IMG/VR virus record: IMGVR_UViG_3300032332_001787
Location: 96,001-160,000 of that record
Direction: 5' to 3' (one strand)
Length of the DNA: 64,000 nucleotides
Source: a virus
Lineage: Duplodnaviria > Caudoviricetes
A program made the position numbers and the translations under genes. Each line of letters begins with the position of its first letter. Positions within the stretch are counted from its first letter, which is position 1. The notes beneath the pieces were generated by a model, which searched no databases, was not told where the DNA came from, and saw only the letters and a list, made by a program, of their open reading frames with translations. Of this stretch, positions 1-8,673 are shown one piece after another.

Positions 1-2
1 AT

Positions 3-131
3 AGTAGAATGGTTAGCAATATATTAAACTCATTGGTTAATAAAGGTATTCTTGATAGTGCTTATGATGACGAACAAAACGATTTTATTTTTTGGGTAAA
101 AGAAGAAAAACAAAAACCTGAAAATAATTGA
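3..131 (+). CDS. 3' end of hypothetical protein (truncated by window start)
   Basis: Open frame 3 from window edge: SRMVSNILNSLVNKGILDSAYDDEQNDFIFWVKEEKQKPENN*, TGA at 129-131. Confidence 0.75.
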   Translation, partial: SRMVSNILNSLVNKGILDSAYDDEQNDFIFWVKEEKQKPENN

Positions 132-187
132 AATTGGTTGGTAGTAACACATTGGTTAAATAACATTTACTTTGGAGATAAGATAGT

Positions 188-1105
188 ATGGCTAATGCAA
201 TTAGGCCCACGAAATTTAGTGAAATTACTGGTCAGTCAGAGGTTATAACAAGACTAGGAATTATCGTTGCAGGCTGTAAAAATTCAGCGGGCGTGATGCC
301 TCATGTTTTAATAGATGGCCCGCCGGGGCTTGGAAAGACCACCATTGCCAGTGCCATAGCAACAGAGATGGGAGTGAATCTATATACCATCAATGGAGCG
401 GGCATCCGCAGTATTAAAAATATTCTTCCGTATCTTACTGGCATGGAACCAAGGTCAGTATTATTTATTGATGAAATTCATAGACTTCCTAAAATTGTTG
501 AAGAATTTCTATATCCTGTCATGGAGGATTTTGTTTTAAATATCACTGTTAAAGGTGATGATGATAAGGATAAGCCAGAAACTATCGAACTGCCAATGTT
601 TACTGTGGTAGGGGCTACAACTAGCGGAGGTTCTCTAAGTCAACCTTTCTATGATAGATTTCAAATTAAAGAACATTTGTCTTTCTATAATGAAACTGAT
701 CTAGCTAAATTAGCCCGGTTAAACGCAACTAAGCTCGGACTAATGATAAATGATGATGATCTTTTAGAAATAGCCAAAAGAAGTAAAGGAACACCTAGAA
801 TCTTAAATGCTAGGCTTCAATGGTATAAGAACTGCGTTGCTTATTACCCAGACAAAGTAATGACTGTTGATGATATTTTTATTAATCAAGGTATTGATAA
901 AGATGGTCTAGATGTGTATGATAAGATGTATCTTAAGGTTTTAGCTAGTAGTAAGGGTGCTGCTTTGGGACTAAAGAGTATTTCTTCTTTGACTGGTATT
1001 GCTATTGAAACAATTGAGAATAGCATTGAACCTTATCTCGTCAGAAAAGGTTTTGTTGTAAGAACCCAAAAGGGAAGAGTTATAGGCTCATATAAAAATG
1101 AATGA
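188..1105 (+). CDS. ruvB: Holliday junction branch-migration AAA+ ATPase RuvB-like
   Basis: RP..F.E..GQ start, Walker A GPPGLGKTT, Walker B LFIDEIHRL, GATT sensor, KGTPRI, IEPYL..GF..RT.KGR; GGAGAT RBS. Confidence 0.92.
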   Translation: MANAIRPTKFSEITGQSEVITRLGIIVAGCKNSAGVMPHVLIDGPPGLGKTTIASAIATEMGVNLYTINGAGIRSIKNILPYLTGMEPRSVLFIDEIHRLPKIVEEFLYPVMEDFVLNITVKGDDDKDKPETIELPMFTVVGATTSGGSLSQPFYDRFQIKEHLSFYNETDLAKLARLNATKLGLMINDDDLLEIAKRSKGTPRILNARLQWYKNCVAYYPDKVMTVDDIFINQGIDKDGLDVYDKMYLKVLASSKGAALGLKSISSLTGIAIETIENSIEPYLVRKGFVVRTQKGRVIGSYKNE

Positions 1106-1430
1106 AATATCAATATCTATAAACTTACCAACTATGATTTTTTTCTCAATCACACTCCTAGCAATAGGGGTGTGTTTGTTTTTAATAGGCTATTTTTATG
1201 GTTTGTCCAAGATTGGTAATGGTGTATCTAATTTAGTTATAGATAGGCCGAAAAACTTTTTTGGCCATAATGTTACAAAAAATAACAAAATATCTATTGA
1301 CAATACTAAAGTTGTAACAGATATAAAAACTGATAATTTAGAGAAAAAATATGAATCTTTGGGCGAAATCAAAAATTCTGAAGATAATATATCTGAATCA
1401 ATCAATAAACTGAAAAATTTAAAGAGGTGA
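1098..1430 (+). CDS. hypothetical membrane protein
   Basis: N-terminal hydrophobic helix (FFSITLLAIGVCLFLIGYFYG); overlaps ruvB end. Confidence 0.7.
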   Translation: MNEISISINLPTMIFFSITLLAIGVCLFLIGYFYGLSKIGNGVSNLVIDRPKNFFGHNVTKNNKISIDNTKVVTDIKTDNLEKKYESLGEIKNSEDNISESINKLKNLKR

Positions 1431-1433
1431 TTT

Positions 1434-2438
1434 ATGGCTGGATGTGGCTTAGACGTTGGTACAAGCTATATAGTTTTATCAAGAGAAGAAAATAATAATT
1501 TAACATACAAAGATTTTAGAGATGCTTTTTATGTTATCAAGCCTACAACTCCAGTTGCCACCAAGATGATAGAAAAAGGATTAACTGGGAAAGTATTTAT
1601 TAAAGATGCTGACGGATCATTTATTTTGTTGGGTAAAGACGCTATAGAAAAAGCCATAGAAAGAAATGATACAGCAAAAAGACCTATGTATAAAGGGGTA
1701 GTATCTGCTAAGGAAAAGGATGCAAAAAGGGTGTTAGCTTTTATTCTTAAGGAAGTAGTCGGACAAGCTTCGGAGCCCGGTGAAAAGTTAGTCTTTTGTG
1801 TTCCCGCACAACCAGTAGATCAAGAAGATGAAGATTTTGATGTGGGATATCATGAAGATGTTGTAAAAACTATTCTTGCAGAATGTGGCTATAGTGCTAG
1901 AGCTATTAATGAAGCAGAAGCTCTTTGTTATGCTGAGTTAGAAAACGATGAGTACACAGGTATAGCAATTAGCTGTGGCGCAGGAATGACGAATGTTTGT
2001 GTGATGTTAAACGGCGAACCAACAGTAGTATTCAGCACAACCAAAAGCGGAGACTGGATTGATCGTATGAGTGCTGTGGCAACAGGAGAGCCTGACAGTG
2101 TTGTTCAAGCAGAGAAGGAGGGTGGTGGTTTTAAAATCGGAGAGCCTATAGAAAATCCAGTTTTAGGTGCGGTGTCAGCTTATTATGAAAGACTAATTGA
2201 TTATACGACAAAACAATTGTCTGCTGCATTAACTGGGCATAAATCTTTACCTAAATTCAAAGATGCTTTAACCATAGTTGTAGCCGGTGGAACATCACAA
2301 GCTAATGGATATATCGAAGAATTTACTAAAAAATTAGCAGATAATAATTTTCCGCTTAAGATTAAAGTAGTCAGACATGCTGCGGACCCCTTACATGCAG
2401 TTGCTAAAGGATGTTTGATTGCGGCAAAGGTATTATGA
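1434..2438 (+). CDS. actin-like ATPase (MreB/ParM/FtsA superfamily)
   Basis: Phosphate-1 GLDVGTS, connect-1 INEAEA, phosphate-2 SCGAGMT, adenosine VVAGGTS, connect-2 AVAKG; GAGG RBS. Confidence 0.85.
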   Translation: MAGCGLDVGTSYIVLSREENNNLTYKDFRDAFYVIKPTTPVATKMIEKGLTGKVFIKDADGSFILLGKDAIEKAIERNDTAKRPMYKGVVSAKEKDAKRVLAFILKEVVGQASEPGEKLVFCVPAQPVDQEDEDFDVGYHEDVVKTILAECGYSARAINEAEALCYAELENDEYTGIAISCGAGMTNVCVMLNGEPTVVFSTTKSGDWIDRMSAVATGEPDSVVQAEKEGGGFKIGEPIENPVLGAVSAYYERLIDYTTKQLSAALTGHKSLPKFKDALTIVVAGGTSQANGYIEEFTKKLADNNFPLKIKVVRHAADPLHAVAKGCLIAAKVL

Positions 2439-3224
2439 TCATACTTTAATTTGACCATCATCAAAATAAGTTGGAACAACATCCCATCCTTTACAAACCA
2501 TATCTACGCATGTCAAATTTGAATCTGGACCAAACCAAGTAGATGGCATTAAAACTTGTCCTTGTTTTTTAGATAAATAAGCTGACCACCAAGAAAAAGA
2601 AGAATTAGATAAAATAAAATTATTACACATAGATAATATCCATAGTATTTCTAAAGGTTCTGTTTTATCAATAAAAGTAGCATTTTGCAAAGTTATATTT
2701 GATCTGCACCAATCAATATCATCGCTACATATGATGTAAGAATCAGAATGAATAAGGTTTGCACAATAATTTATATACTCTATAGAAATAACTGGATGGA
2801 TATTTGGATAATATAAATAATCTCCACGTCTAACATGTATGGCTGTAGTGTTGTTGGACATTAGATGTTTATTGTTTTTGATAAAATCATCATTGGGTCC
2901 AAACATAGAGCATATTAATGGTCTATGGTGATTGAAATATTTATCTGTTTGACCATATCCAGTTAGAATTAAATTTTTATTTGGAAGAATTTTAATTGGA
3001 TTATAGTTATGGGATACCGAGATGTGAGTGTAGTCTGAAATATCAATATCTAAGTATTGAATATTTTTTAGAATACTATTTTTATATTCATGATAAACAC
3101 CAGGATTATCTTTATGAATAAAAAATTTTAAATTATTATCTATTGAGATAGCTGTACAGTATGCTATTTGAAATAGATTATTCCCCAATCTCCCAGCAAG
3201 ATTACATGTTATTTTATTTGGCAT
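2439..3224 (-). CDS. alpha-1,2-fucosyltransferase-like glycosyltransferase (GT11)
   Basis: GRLGNNLFQ, AIHVRRGDY, CSDD, ILSNSSFSWWSAYL motifs. Confidence 0.9.
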   Translation of the reverse strand: MPNKITCNLAGRLGNNLFQIAYCTAISIDNNLKFFIHKDNPGVYHEYKNSILKNIQYLDIDISDYTHISVSHNYNPIKILPNKNLILTGYGQTDKYFNHHRPLICSMFGPNDDFIKNNKHLMSNNTTAIHVRRGDYLYYPNIHPVISIEYINYCANLIHSDSYIICSDDIDWCRSNITLQNATFIDKTEPLEILWILSMCNNFILSNSSFSWWSAYLSKKQGQVLMPSTWFGPDSNLTCVDMVCKGWDVVPTYFDDGQIKV

Positions 3225-3921
3225 AGTCTGGCAATTCTTGGTAATAATTATTTATAAATTTTGGATCTAAAATAATTTTTCCTTCTTCTTTATTTACCAT
3301 ATTATCTATTTTGTTTAGTATACTATTGCCTGTGCCTAGTCCAGATATATGATAAGTATTCATACCCCACCTATATATCATTGTTGGTTTTAGTGTTGAT
3401 GTATAAATTTTAGCATTATTTTCAAAAGTTATTTCTACATCTTCATTAGATGTTTTATCGGGAAAAGTAATTCTATCTAAGTATTTTTTTGTATAAATAT
3501 TTCCATTATTTATATTATTACTAATTTGAATAAATTTATTATCAGTAAAGAAATAGTGTCCATTAGATCTATAAATCTCATATTCAGGATTGTTCAGTAT
3601 ATCATAGCACGCATTTTGTATAGCCCAAGGACATAATAAATCATCATCATCAAGCCTATAGATATTATCGTATTGACATTGTTTGTAACCAAATTCAAGT
3701 TTAGCTGATAATGACTTGAATCTATTTTTTGTATTTATGATTCTAACGTTACAAGAATAATTTATTGAGTACTCAACAGATACTGAATCATTAATTATTA
3801 CCATCTCACAATCATATTTTGATTCATTTTGAGATAAAAATGAGTAAATAGCTTCTTCAAGAAGACGGTATCTGTGATAAGTTAAAGTTAGTATTGAGAT
3901 CATAAAGTTATACTTATACAA
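3214..3921 (-). CDS. glycosyltransferase family 2 (GT-A)
   Basis: ISILTLTY.R...LEEAI.SFLSQ, VIIND, RLDDDD; start may be ATG at 3903. Confidence 0.85.
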   Translation of the reverse strand: MYKYNFMISILTLTYHRYRLLEEAIYSFLSQNESKYDCEMVIINDSVSVEYSINYSCNVRIINTKNRFKSLSAKLEFGYKQCQYDNIYRLDDDDLLCPWAIQNACYDILNNPEYEIYRSNGHYFFTDNKFIQISNNINNGNIYTKKYLDRITFPDKTSNEDVEITFENNAKIYTSTLKPTMIYRWGMNTYHISGLGTGNSILNKIDNMVNKEEGKIILDPKFINNYYQELPDYAK

Positions 3922-3938
3922 TATTTAATATTATTTTT

Positions 3939-3958
3939 ATACACTAATAATGTGTATA
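3939..3958. promoter_or_regulatory. divergent pair of putative phage promoter motifs (minus: TAGTGTAT 3946-3939; plus: TGTGTATA 3951-3958)
   Basis: Same motif recurs upstream of many genes; each copy is 43 nt from a start codon (3903 minus, 3994 plus). Confidence 0.55.
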
Positions 3959-3993
3959 TTGAATTAGTTTATATACTATATAATAGGTAATTT

Positions 3994-4302
3994 ATGTTTG
4001 GATTTTTTAAAAAAATAAGATATGCAACAAGATCTCCTAAATGGGTAAATGTTCGTAAAGAGCATTTAAAGAATTATCCACTATGTGCAGCTTGCGGAAA
4101 AGACTCAAAATTAGAAGTTCATCATAAAATTCCAGTACATATTAGTCCAGAACTTGAATTAGAACCTTCTAATTTAGTTACATTATGTGCTGATCCTTGT
4201 CATATTATATTTGGTCATTTAATGAATTTTAAAAGTTACAATAAAAATGTGGTCGAAGACTCTATGGTGTATTTAGATAAGGTAAAAAATCGACCAAAAT
4301 AG
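3994..4302 (+). CDS. HNH endonuclease
   Basis: CAACG...LEVHHKIP...NLVTLC..CH. Confidence 0.88.
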   Translation: MFGFFKKIRYATRSPKWVNVRKEHLKNYPLCAACGKDSKLEVHHKIPVHISPELELEPSNLVTLCADPCHIIFGHLMNFKSYNKNVVEDSMVYLDKVKNRPK

Positions 4303-4334
4303 AATGTCGTATATTTTGCCCAAGGAGTACTATA

Positions 4335-5093
4335 ATGAAGATACTCACTTTTTTTATGGGCTTATTACTAATTATTAATTCAACAGCAATATCTGGAACA
4401 ATAGATCCAGCAGTGCCTGATGAAAAATATATCGAATATGGATCAAAATTTGACCATACCGGAGAAATAGTTTGTTATGATAGTCAGGGTATGTCTGTTG
4501 GTTCTGGTGTTGTATACAGACCTCATTGGGTGATTACTGCTGCTCATGTAGTTAACCAAATGACTAATCATTCTTTTGTGTTAGATGGGAAGAAATATAA
4601 AATTACTCAAATTATTTGTCACCCTGAGTATAGAGAAAATTTATGGGGATATCATGATATAGCTCTTTGTTTTATTGAAGAAAATATTGATATAAATAAA
4701 TATCCAGAATTATATGAAGATTCGGACGAAGCTGGTAAGGTATGCGCTATAACTGGAATGGGTTTCACTGGTAATTTTAACACAGGCGTAAAGATCAAAG
4801 ACTACAAAAAAAGAGCAGGATCAAACATAGTCGATAAAACAGAAAGAAATACTTTAGTCTGCTCTCCTTCGCGGCCCGGTCAAAAAAGTACAGAGCTTGA
4901 ATATCTAATTGCTTCTGGAGATAGTGGAGGTGGTTTATTTATTAATCATAAATTAGCTGGAATAAATTCTTCTGTAATGGCAGTAGATGGGAAACCGAAT
5001 TCTAATTATGGAGACGAGAGTTCTCATACAAGAATTAGTTTATATAGTAGTTGGATCAAAAAAGAAACTGGAATCTTAAATGAAAAAAAATAA
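4335..5093 (+). CDS. secreted trypsin-like serine protease (S1)
   Basis: Signal-peptide-like N-terminus; triad motifs TAAHV, HDIAL, GDSGG. Confidence 0.92.
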   Translation: MKILTFFMGLLLIINSTAISGTIDPAVPDEKYIEYGSKFDHTGEIVCYDSQGMSVGSGVVYRPHWVITAAHVVNQMTNHSFVLDGKKYKITQIICHPEYRENLWGYHDIALCFIEENIDINKYPELYEDSDEAGKVCAITGMGFTGNFNTGVKIKDYKKRAGSNIVDKTERNTLVCSPSRPGQKSTELEYLIASGDSGGGLFINHKLAGINSSVMAVDGKPNSNYGDESSHTRISLYSSWIKKETGILNEKK

Positions 5094-6012
5094 AAATAAC
5101 TGTAAATTATTACCACATATTAGAACAGATTTGTATGGCTTATCTCCTGATAGTATGCAATTTTTTAGTTGGCCTATTAAAAAATTTGATGTAGAAAAAC
5201 AATGGAATCATTCTCAAGGAGAAGGCGTTACAGTAGCGGTGATAGATACTGGTTGTGACGTAAATCATGAAGATTTAAAAGATAATATTATTGATGGATA
5301 CAATTTTATAAATCCAGGCAAAGATCCTGTAGATGAGAATGGTCATGGTACACATGTTTCAGCTACAATAGCAGCCATAAATAATGGCATAGGAATGGTA
5401 GGAATTGCTCCAAGGTCGAAAATCATGCCTGTTAAAGTGCTGGGTGCTGACGGAGCAGGTAGTAATATAAATGTCGCAAACGGCATTGTGTGGGCTGCTG
5501 ACAACGGAGCAGACATCATAACCATGTCTCTTGGTTCGGAAAATCCATGTGATCAGATAGCGCAAGCTATAGAATATGCAAAAAACAAAGAGTCTATTAT
5601 TTTTTGTGCTGCTGGAAATAGTGGAATAGAATCAGGTATAATGTATCCAGCTAAATATAATCATACAATTAGCATTGGTGCCATAGACGAAAACTTAAAT
5701 ATTTGTGAATTCAGTTGTTGCGGAGATGAGCTTGATTTCTTAGCGCCCGGCCATAATATAGTTAGTGCAGTGCCTAACAATAAATATGCTTCGATGACTG
5801 GAACCAGCATGGCTAACCCATTTGCGGTGGGGTGTGCCGCTTTATTTTTATCATATGCTAGAAAAATTAAATTCTCTTCGTTAGACAATATGTTAAGAAA
5901 TACAGAAGACTATATTTCTATTTTTGCAAAAAAATCTTTGAAACTGAAAGATAAAAAATACTCTGGCAATAAAAAATACGAGGGGTATGGTATAATCAGA
6001 CCCGTGCTCTAA
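5080..6012 (+). CDS. subtilisin-like serine protease (S8)
   Basis: VAVIDTG, HGTHV, AAGN, GTSMANP. Confidence 0.95.
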   Translation: MKKNKNNCKLLPHIRTDLYGLSPDSMQFFSWPIKKFDVEKQWNHSQGEGVTVAVIDTGCDVNHEDLKDNIIDGYNFINPGKDPVDENGHGTHVSATIAAINNGIGMVGIAPRSKIMPVKVLGADGAGSNINVANGIVWAADNGADIITMSLGSENPCDQIAQAIEYAKNKESIIFCAAGNSGIESGIMYPAKYNHTISIGAIDENLNICEFSCCGDELDFLAPGHNIVSAVPNNKYASMTGTSMANPFAVGCAALFLSYARKIKFSSLDNMLRNTEDYISIFAKKSLKLKDKKYSGNKKYEGYGIIRPVL

Positions 6013-6096
6013 GAATATTATTAACCCAACCCCTGCATAATACATATGTTTTTTCATAGAATCTGTCAAGTTTTAGAAATTGCAATCCTTTCACAC

Positions 6097-6125
6097 TTGA
6101 CTTCCACTTTCTTGGATTGTACTAT
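6097..6125 (+). promoter_or_regulatory. sigma70-like (early) promoter
   Basis: TTGACT (6097-6102), 17 nt, TACTAT (6120-6125) preceded by TG extended -10. Confidence 0.7.
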
Positions 6126-6146
6126 AGAAGACGAGGTGTTTTAGCA

Positions 6147-6335
6147 ATGTCCGATCCAGATTTTGAAAATCGTAAAACTTCCAGGAGACAAAGTCTCCAA
6201 CAGAAGTTGTCTATGAGACATAATGACAATAATGATGTTCGCGACCTAAAAAAACTCAAAAAAGAGTTTAAAAGAAACAAGGAATCTTTAAGACAGGAAG
6301 AATTATGGGACGATTGGGAAGATGAAATATCTTGA
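6147..6335 (+). CDS. small charged hypothetical protein
   Basis: GAGGTG RBS before ATG 6147 (track start 6117 overlaps the -10 box); acidic C-terminus WDDWEDEIS. Confidence 0.7.
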   Translation: MSDPDFENRKTSRRQSLQQKLSMRHNDNNDVRDLKKLKKEFKRNKESLRQEELWDDWEDEIS

Positions 6336-6585
6336 AGAATTAAATCCTGGCGACTTATTTTTGTGGAATAATGATAAATTTATTTTAACCACAGATTTTA
6401 AGCAAAGCAAAGAAGATAAATCTAAAAAAATGGCCATAAATATACAGAATGGCTTTGTTCAATGGATTATAGAAGATGCTATAGTTGAAGACTTGGATCT
6501 TTATTATCGTGATAAGGATGCTAATATAGTAGCTTTAAAGGAAAGAAAAAATGAATATACAGAGAAAAATAATAACTTTCCTTAA
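6322..6585 (+). CDS. hypothetical protein
   Basis: ORF coupled to neighbours by overlaps. Confidence 0.7.
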   Translation: MKYLEELNPGDLFLWNNDKFILTTDFKQSKEDKSKKMAINIQNGFVQWIIEDAIVEDLDLYYRDKDANIVALKERKNEYTEKNNNFP

Positions 6586-6835
6586 ATCTTTAGCGTTTCA
6601 TGTTTGGGGTGGCTTCCCTAAATCCACACAGACAGAGATTGATAGTAGATTGAACATTTGCAAGAACTGTGAAATGTTTGATAATACTCATAGTCAGTGT
6701 CTCGTGTGCGGGTGTAATTTAAGTTCTAAAAAAATATTCATGAACAAATTAGCCTGGGCCGACCAAAAATGCCCTCTAGACAAGTGGGGTGCAATAAATA
6801 GGAGTAAAAATGCAACAGCAAACAACAACAAATAA
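6551..6835 (+). CDS. small Cys-rich protein (DUF6171-like)
   Basis: RLNICKNC...CLVCGC...K......KCPLDKW; same motif in the minus-strand protein at 62935-63420. Confidence 0.7.
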   Translation: MNIQRKIITFLKSLAFHVWGGFPKSTQTEIDSRLNICKNCEMFDNTHSQCLVCGCNLSSKKIFMNKLAWADQKCPLDKWGAINRSKNATANNNK

Positions 6836-7361
6836 TACATATCAAAATACTTTTCATACTATTAAGAATAGAAATATTTTTAGTTCAATAGTTGATAGGA
6901 TTAAATCTGAACAGAATGGAGCTACGATAATAGTCCCCCATGTTTGCAATAATGTTAACGCTTTTGGTGCTGGTTTTGCTGGTCAAGTAGCAGATCTTTA
7001 TCCAGAAGTAAAAGCTAATTTCCATATGCTTGGACAAAAGGCTAAACTCGGACATGTCCAGTTCATTAACGTTAGGTCAGATAAAAAATATAGACATAGT
7101 ATTATATTTGCAAATATGATAGCTCAGAATAAACTTATTAATGCCAATAATAAACGACCCCTCAACTATGCTGCGCTAGCATATTCTATGAATGAAGTCA
7201 AGTCTTTTGTAAAAAAATTACAATCAAACAACGAAACTAACAAAGTAGAAATACATGCACCAAAATTTGGTAGCGGATTAGCCGGAGGTAATTGGAATTT
7301 CATTTCTGAATTAATTAATGACGTTTGGTATGATTTGCAGGTTTATATTTATTTACAATAG
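6810..7361 (+). CDS. macrodomain protein (Poa1p/TARG1/DarG-like)
   Basis: IVPHVCNN..AFGAGFAGQV..LYP and IHAPKFGSGLAGGNW..I. Confidence 0.88.
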   Translation: MQQQTTTNNTYQNTFHTIKNRNIFSSIVDRIKSEQNGATIIVPHVCNNVNAFGAGFAGQVADLYPEVKANFHMLGQKAKLGHVQFINVRSDKKYRHSIIFANMIAQNKLINANNKRPLNYAALAYSMNEVKSFVKKLQSNNETNKVEIHAPKFGSGLAGGNWNFISELINDVWYDLQVYIYLQ

Positions 7362-7377
7362 AATTGGAGACTATATT

Positions 7378-7461
7378 ATGTACTATTGTGCTCTTTGGAT
7401 TATGCTTATTTTGGGTGTTATTAAGGGCTTAAATAATTTATACGGATTTAACAGGAATTAA
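7378..7461 (+). CDS. putative 27-aa membrane peptide
   Basis: GGAGA RBS; MYYCALWIMLILGVIKGLNNLYGFNRN*; fills intergenic gap; not in the ORF track. Confidence 0.5.
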   Translation: MYYCALWIMLILGVIKGLNNLYGFNRN

Positions 7462-7474
7462 AACTAATTTTTCT

Positions 7475-8005
7475 ATGAATAGATTACGAAATCAACGAGT
7501 ATATTTAGCTGGTGCTATGGATAGAGTTGCCGATAGAGGAGCAACATGGAGAGATAATATTACTCCTTTTTTAATACAAATGAGCATAGAAGTTTTTAAT
7601 CCTATTACTAAGCCAACTAATATTGGATTAGAAGATAGAGATGTTCATAATATTAAAACAAAACTAAAAGAAAAAGGAGACTATGATGAACTCACTAATA
7701 TGATGAAAACAATCAGACGAGTAGACTTAAGGCTCGTTGATATTAGTGATTTTTTAATTGTTAACCTAAATTTAGACACTCATCCATGCGGAACATACGA
7801 AGAAATTTTTCTAGCTAATAGGTCAAAAAAACCCATATTAGTACATGTAGAACAAGGCAAAAATAATGCTCCAGATTGGCTATTCGGTACTATTCCTCAT
7901 CAAATGATTTTTTCAGCTTGGGATGAAATCAAAGAATATTTGCAACATATTAATAGTCATGAAAATATAGACACTCACCGAAGATGGCAATTCTTTTTTG
8001 TATAA
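7475..8005 (+). CDS. nucleoside 2-deoxyribosyltransferase / nucleotide N-glycosidase family protein
   Basis: RVYLAG, VFNP, DLRLVDISD.LIV, GTYEE, KKPIL. Confidence 0.82.
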   Translation: MNRLRNQRVYLAGAMDRVADRGATWRDNITPFLIQMSIEVFNPITKPTNIGLEDRDVHNIKTKLKEKGDYDELTNMMKTIRRVDLRLVDISDFLIVNLNLDTHPCGTYEEIFLANRSKKPILVHVEQGKNNAPDWLFGTIPHQMIFSAWDEIKEYLQHINSHENIDTHRRWQFFFV

Positions 8006-8213
8006 ACATACAATGGCTAAATATTACGTATCTTCTGGCCAGATTAAGCATGTTATTAATAGAAAAACTCACTCATCTGCTATAATAGATACATTAAAAT
8101 ATTATAGAGGAAAAGGATTAATGACAGCTCTCAAGATATGCATAAGCGAATCTGGTTGGACTAGAGGACAGATATGCTATGATATTGATTTTTTCTTGAA
8201 GGATATTACATGA
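7998..8213 (+). CDS. hypothetical protein
   Basis: Short ORF in tightly packed operon. Confidence 0.65.
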   Translation: MYKHTMAKYYVSSGQIKHVINRKTHSSAIIDTLKYYRGKGLMTALKICISESGWTRGQICYDIDFFLKDIT

Positions 8214-8671
8214 AACACACAGTAAGGCCCGATGACACAAAAAAATTAGATTATATACCTCCAAATAAAGTCATTATTGGAGACTCTAAAATTCAGGGCA
8301 GAGGGGTTTTTTCTTTAGTTGATATTAAGAAAGGTGAAATTATAGAAAGATGTCCATTGATAGAAATGGAATATAGATCCAAATATCAATTAGATCCTAC
8401 TATTTTTGCATACTTATATGCTCAACCTCCATGCGATTGCGAAGAATGTACTAAACATGGATTTATTCTTAATATGGCGTTAGGATATGGGATGATGTAC
8501 AATCATCAAGATAGTCCAAATGCTTTATGGAAATTTAATTATACTCAGTCTCTTGGAGACGTAATAGCCATAAAAGATATCAAAGCAAATGAAGAAATTT
8601 TTGTTAGTTATGGTAATTGTTATTTCAATAGTAAAGACATAAGTACAGGAATAGAACAGGTAAAAGCATAA
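8210..8671 (+). CDS. SET-domain protein-lysine methyltransferase (copy 1)
   Basis: SKIQGRGVF, MYNHQDSPNA (NHS-like), A.KDI.ANEEIFVSYG. Confidence 0.92.
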   Translation: MKHTVRPDDTKKLDYIPPNKVIIGDSKIQGRGVFSLVDIKKGEIIERCPLIEMEYRSKYQLDPTIFAYLYAQPPCDCEECTKHGFILNMALGYGMMYNHQDSPNALWKFNYTQSLGDVIAIKDIKANEEIFVSYGNCYFNSKDISTGIEQVKA

Positions 8672-8673
8672 TT

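Noticed and set aside
6037-6069. Antisense sigma70 promoter (TTGACA on minus strand at 6069-6064) pointing into the subtilisin gene
   Set aside because: Best -10 at 17 nt is TATGTA, and TATTAT is 21 nt away; too weak in AT-rich DNA.
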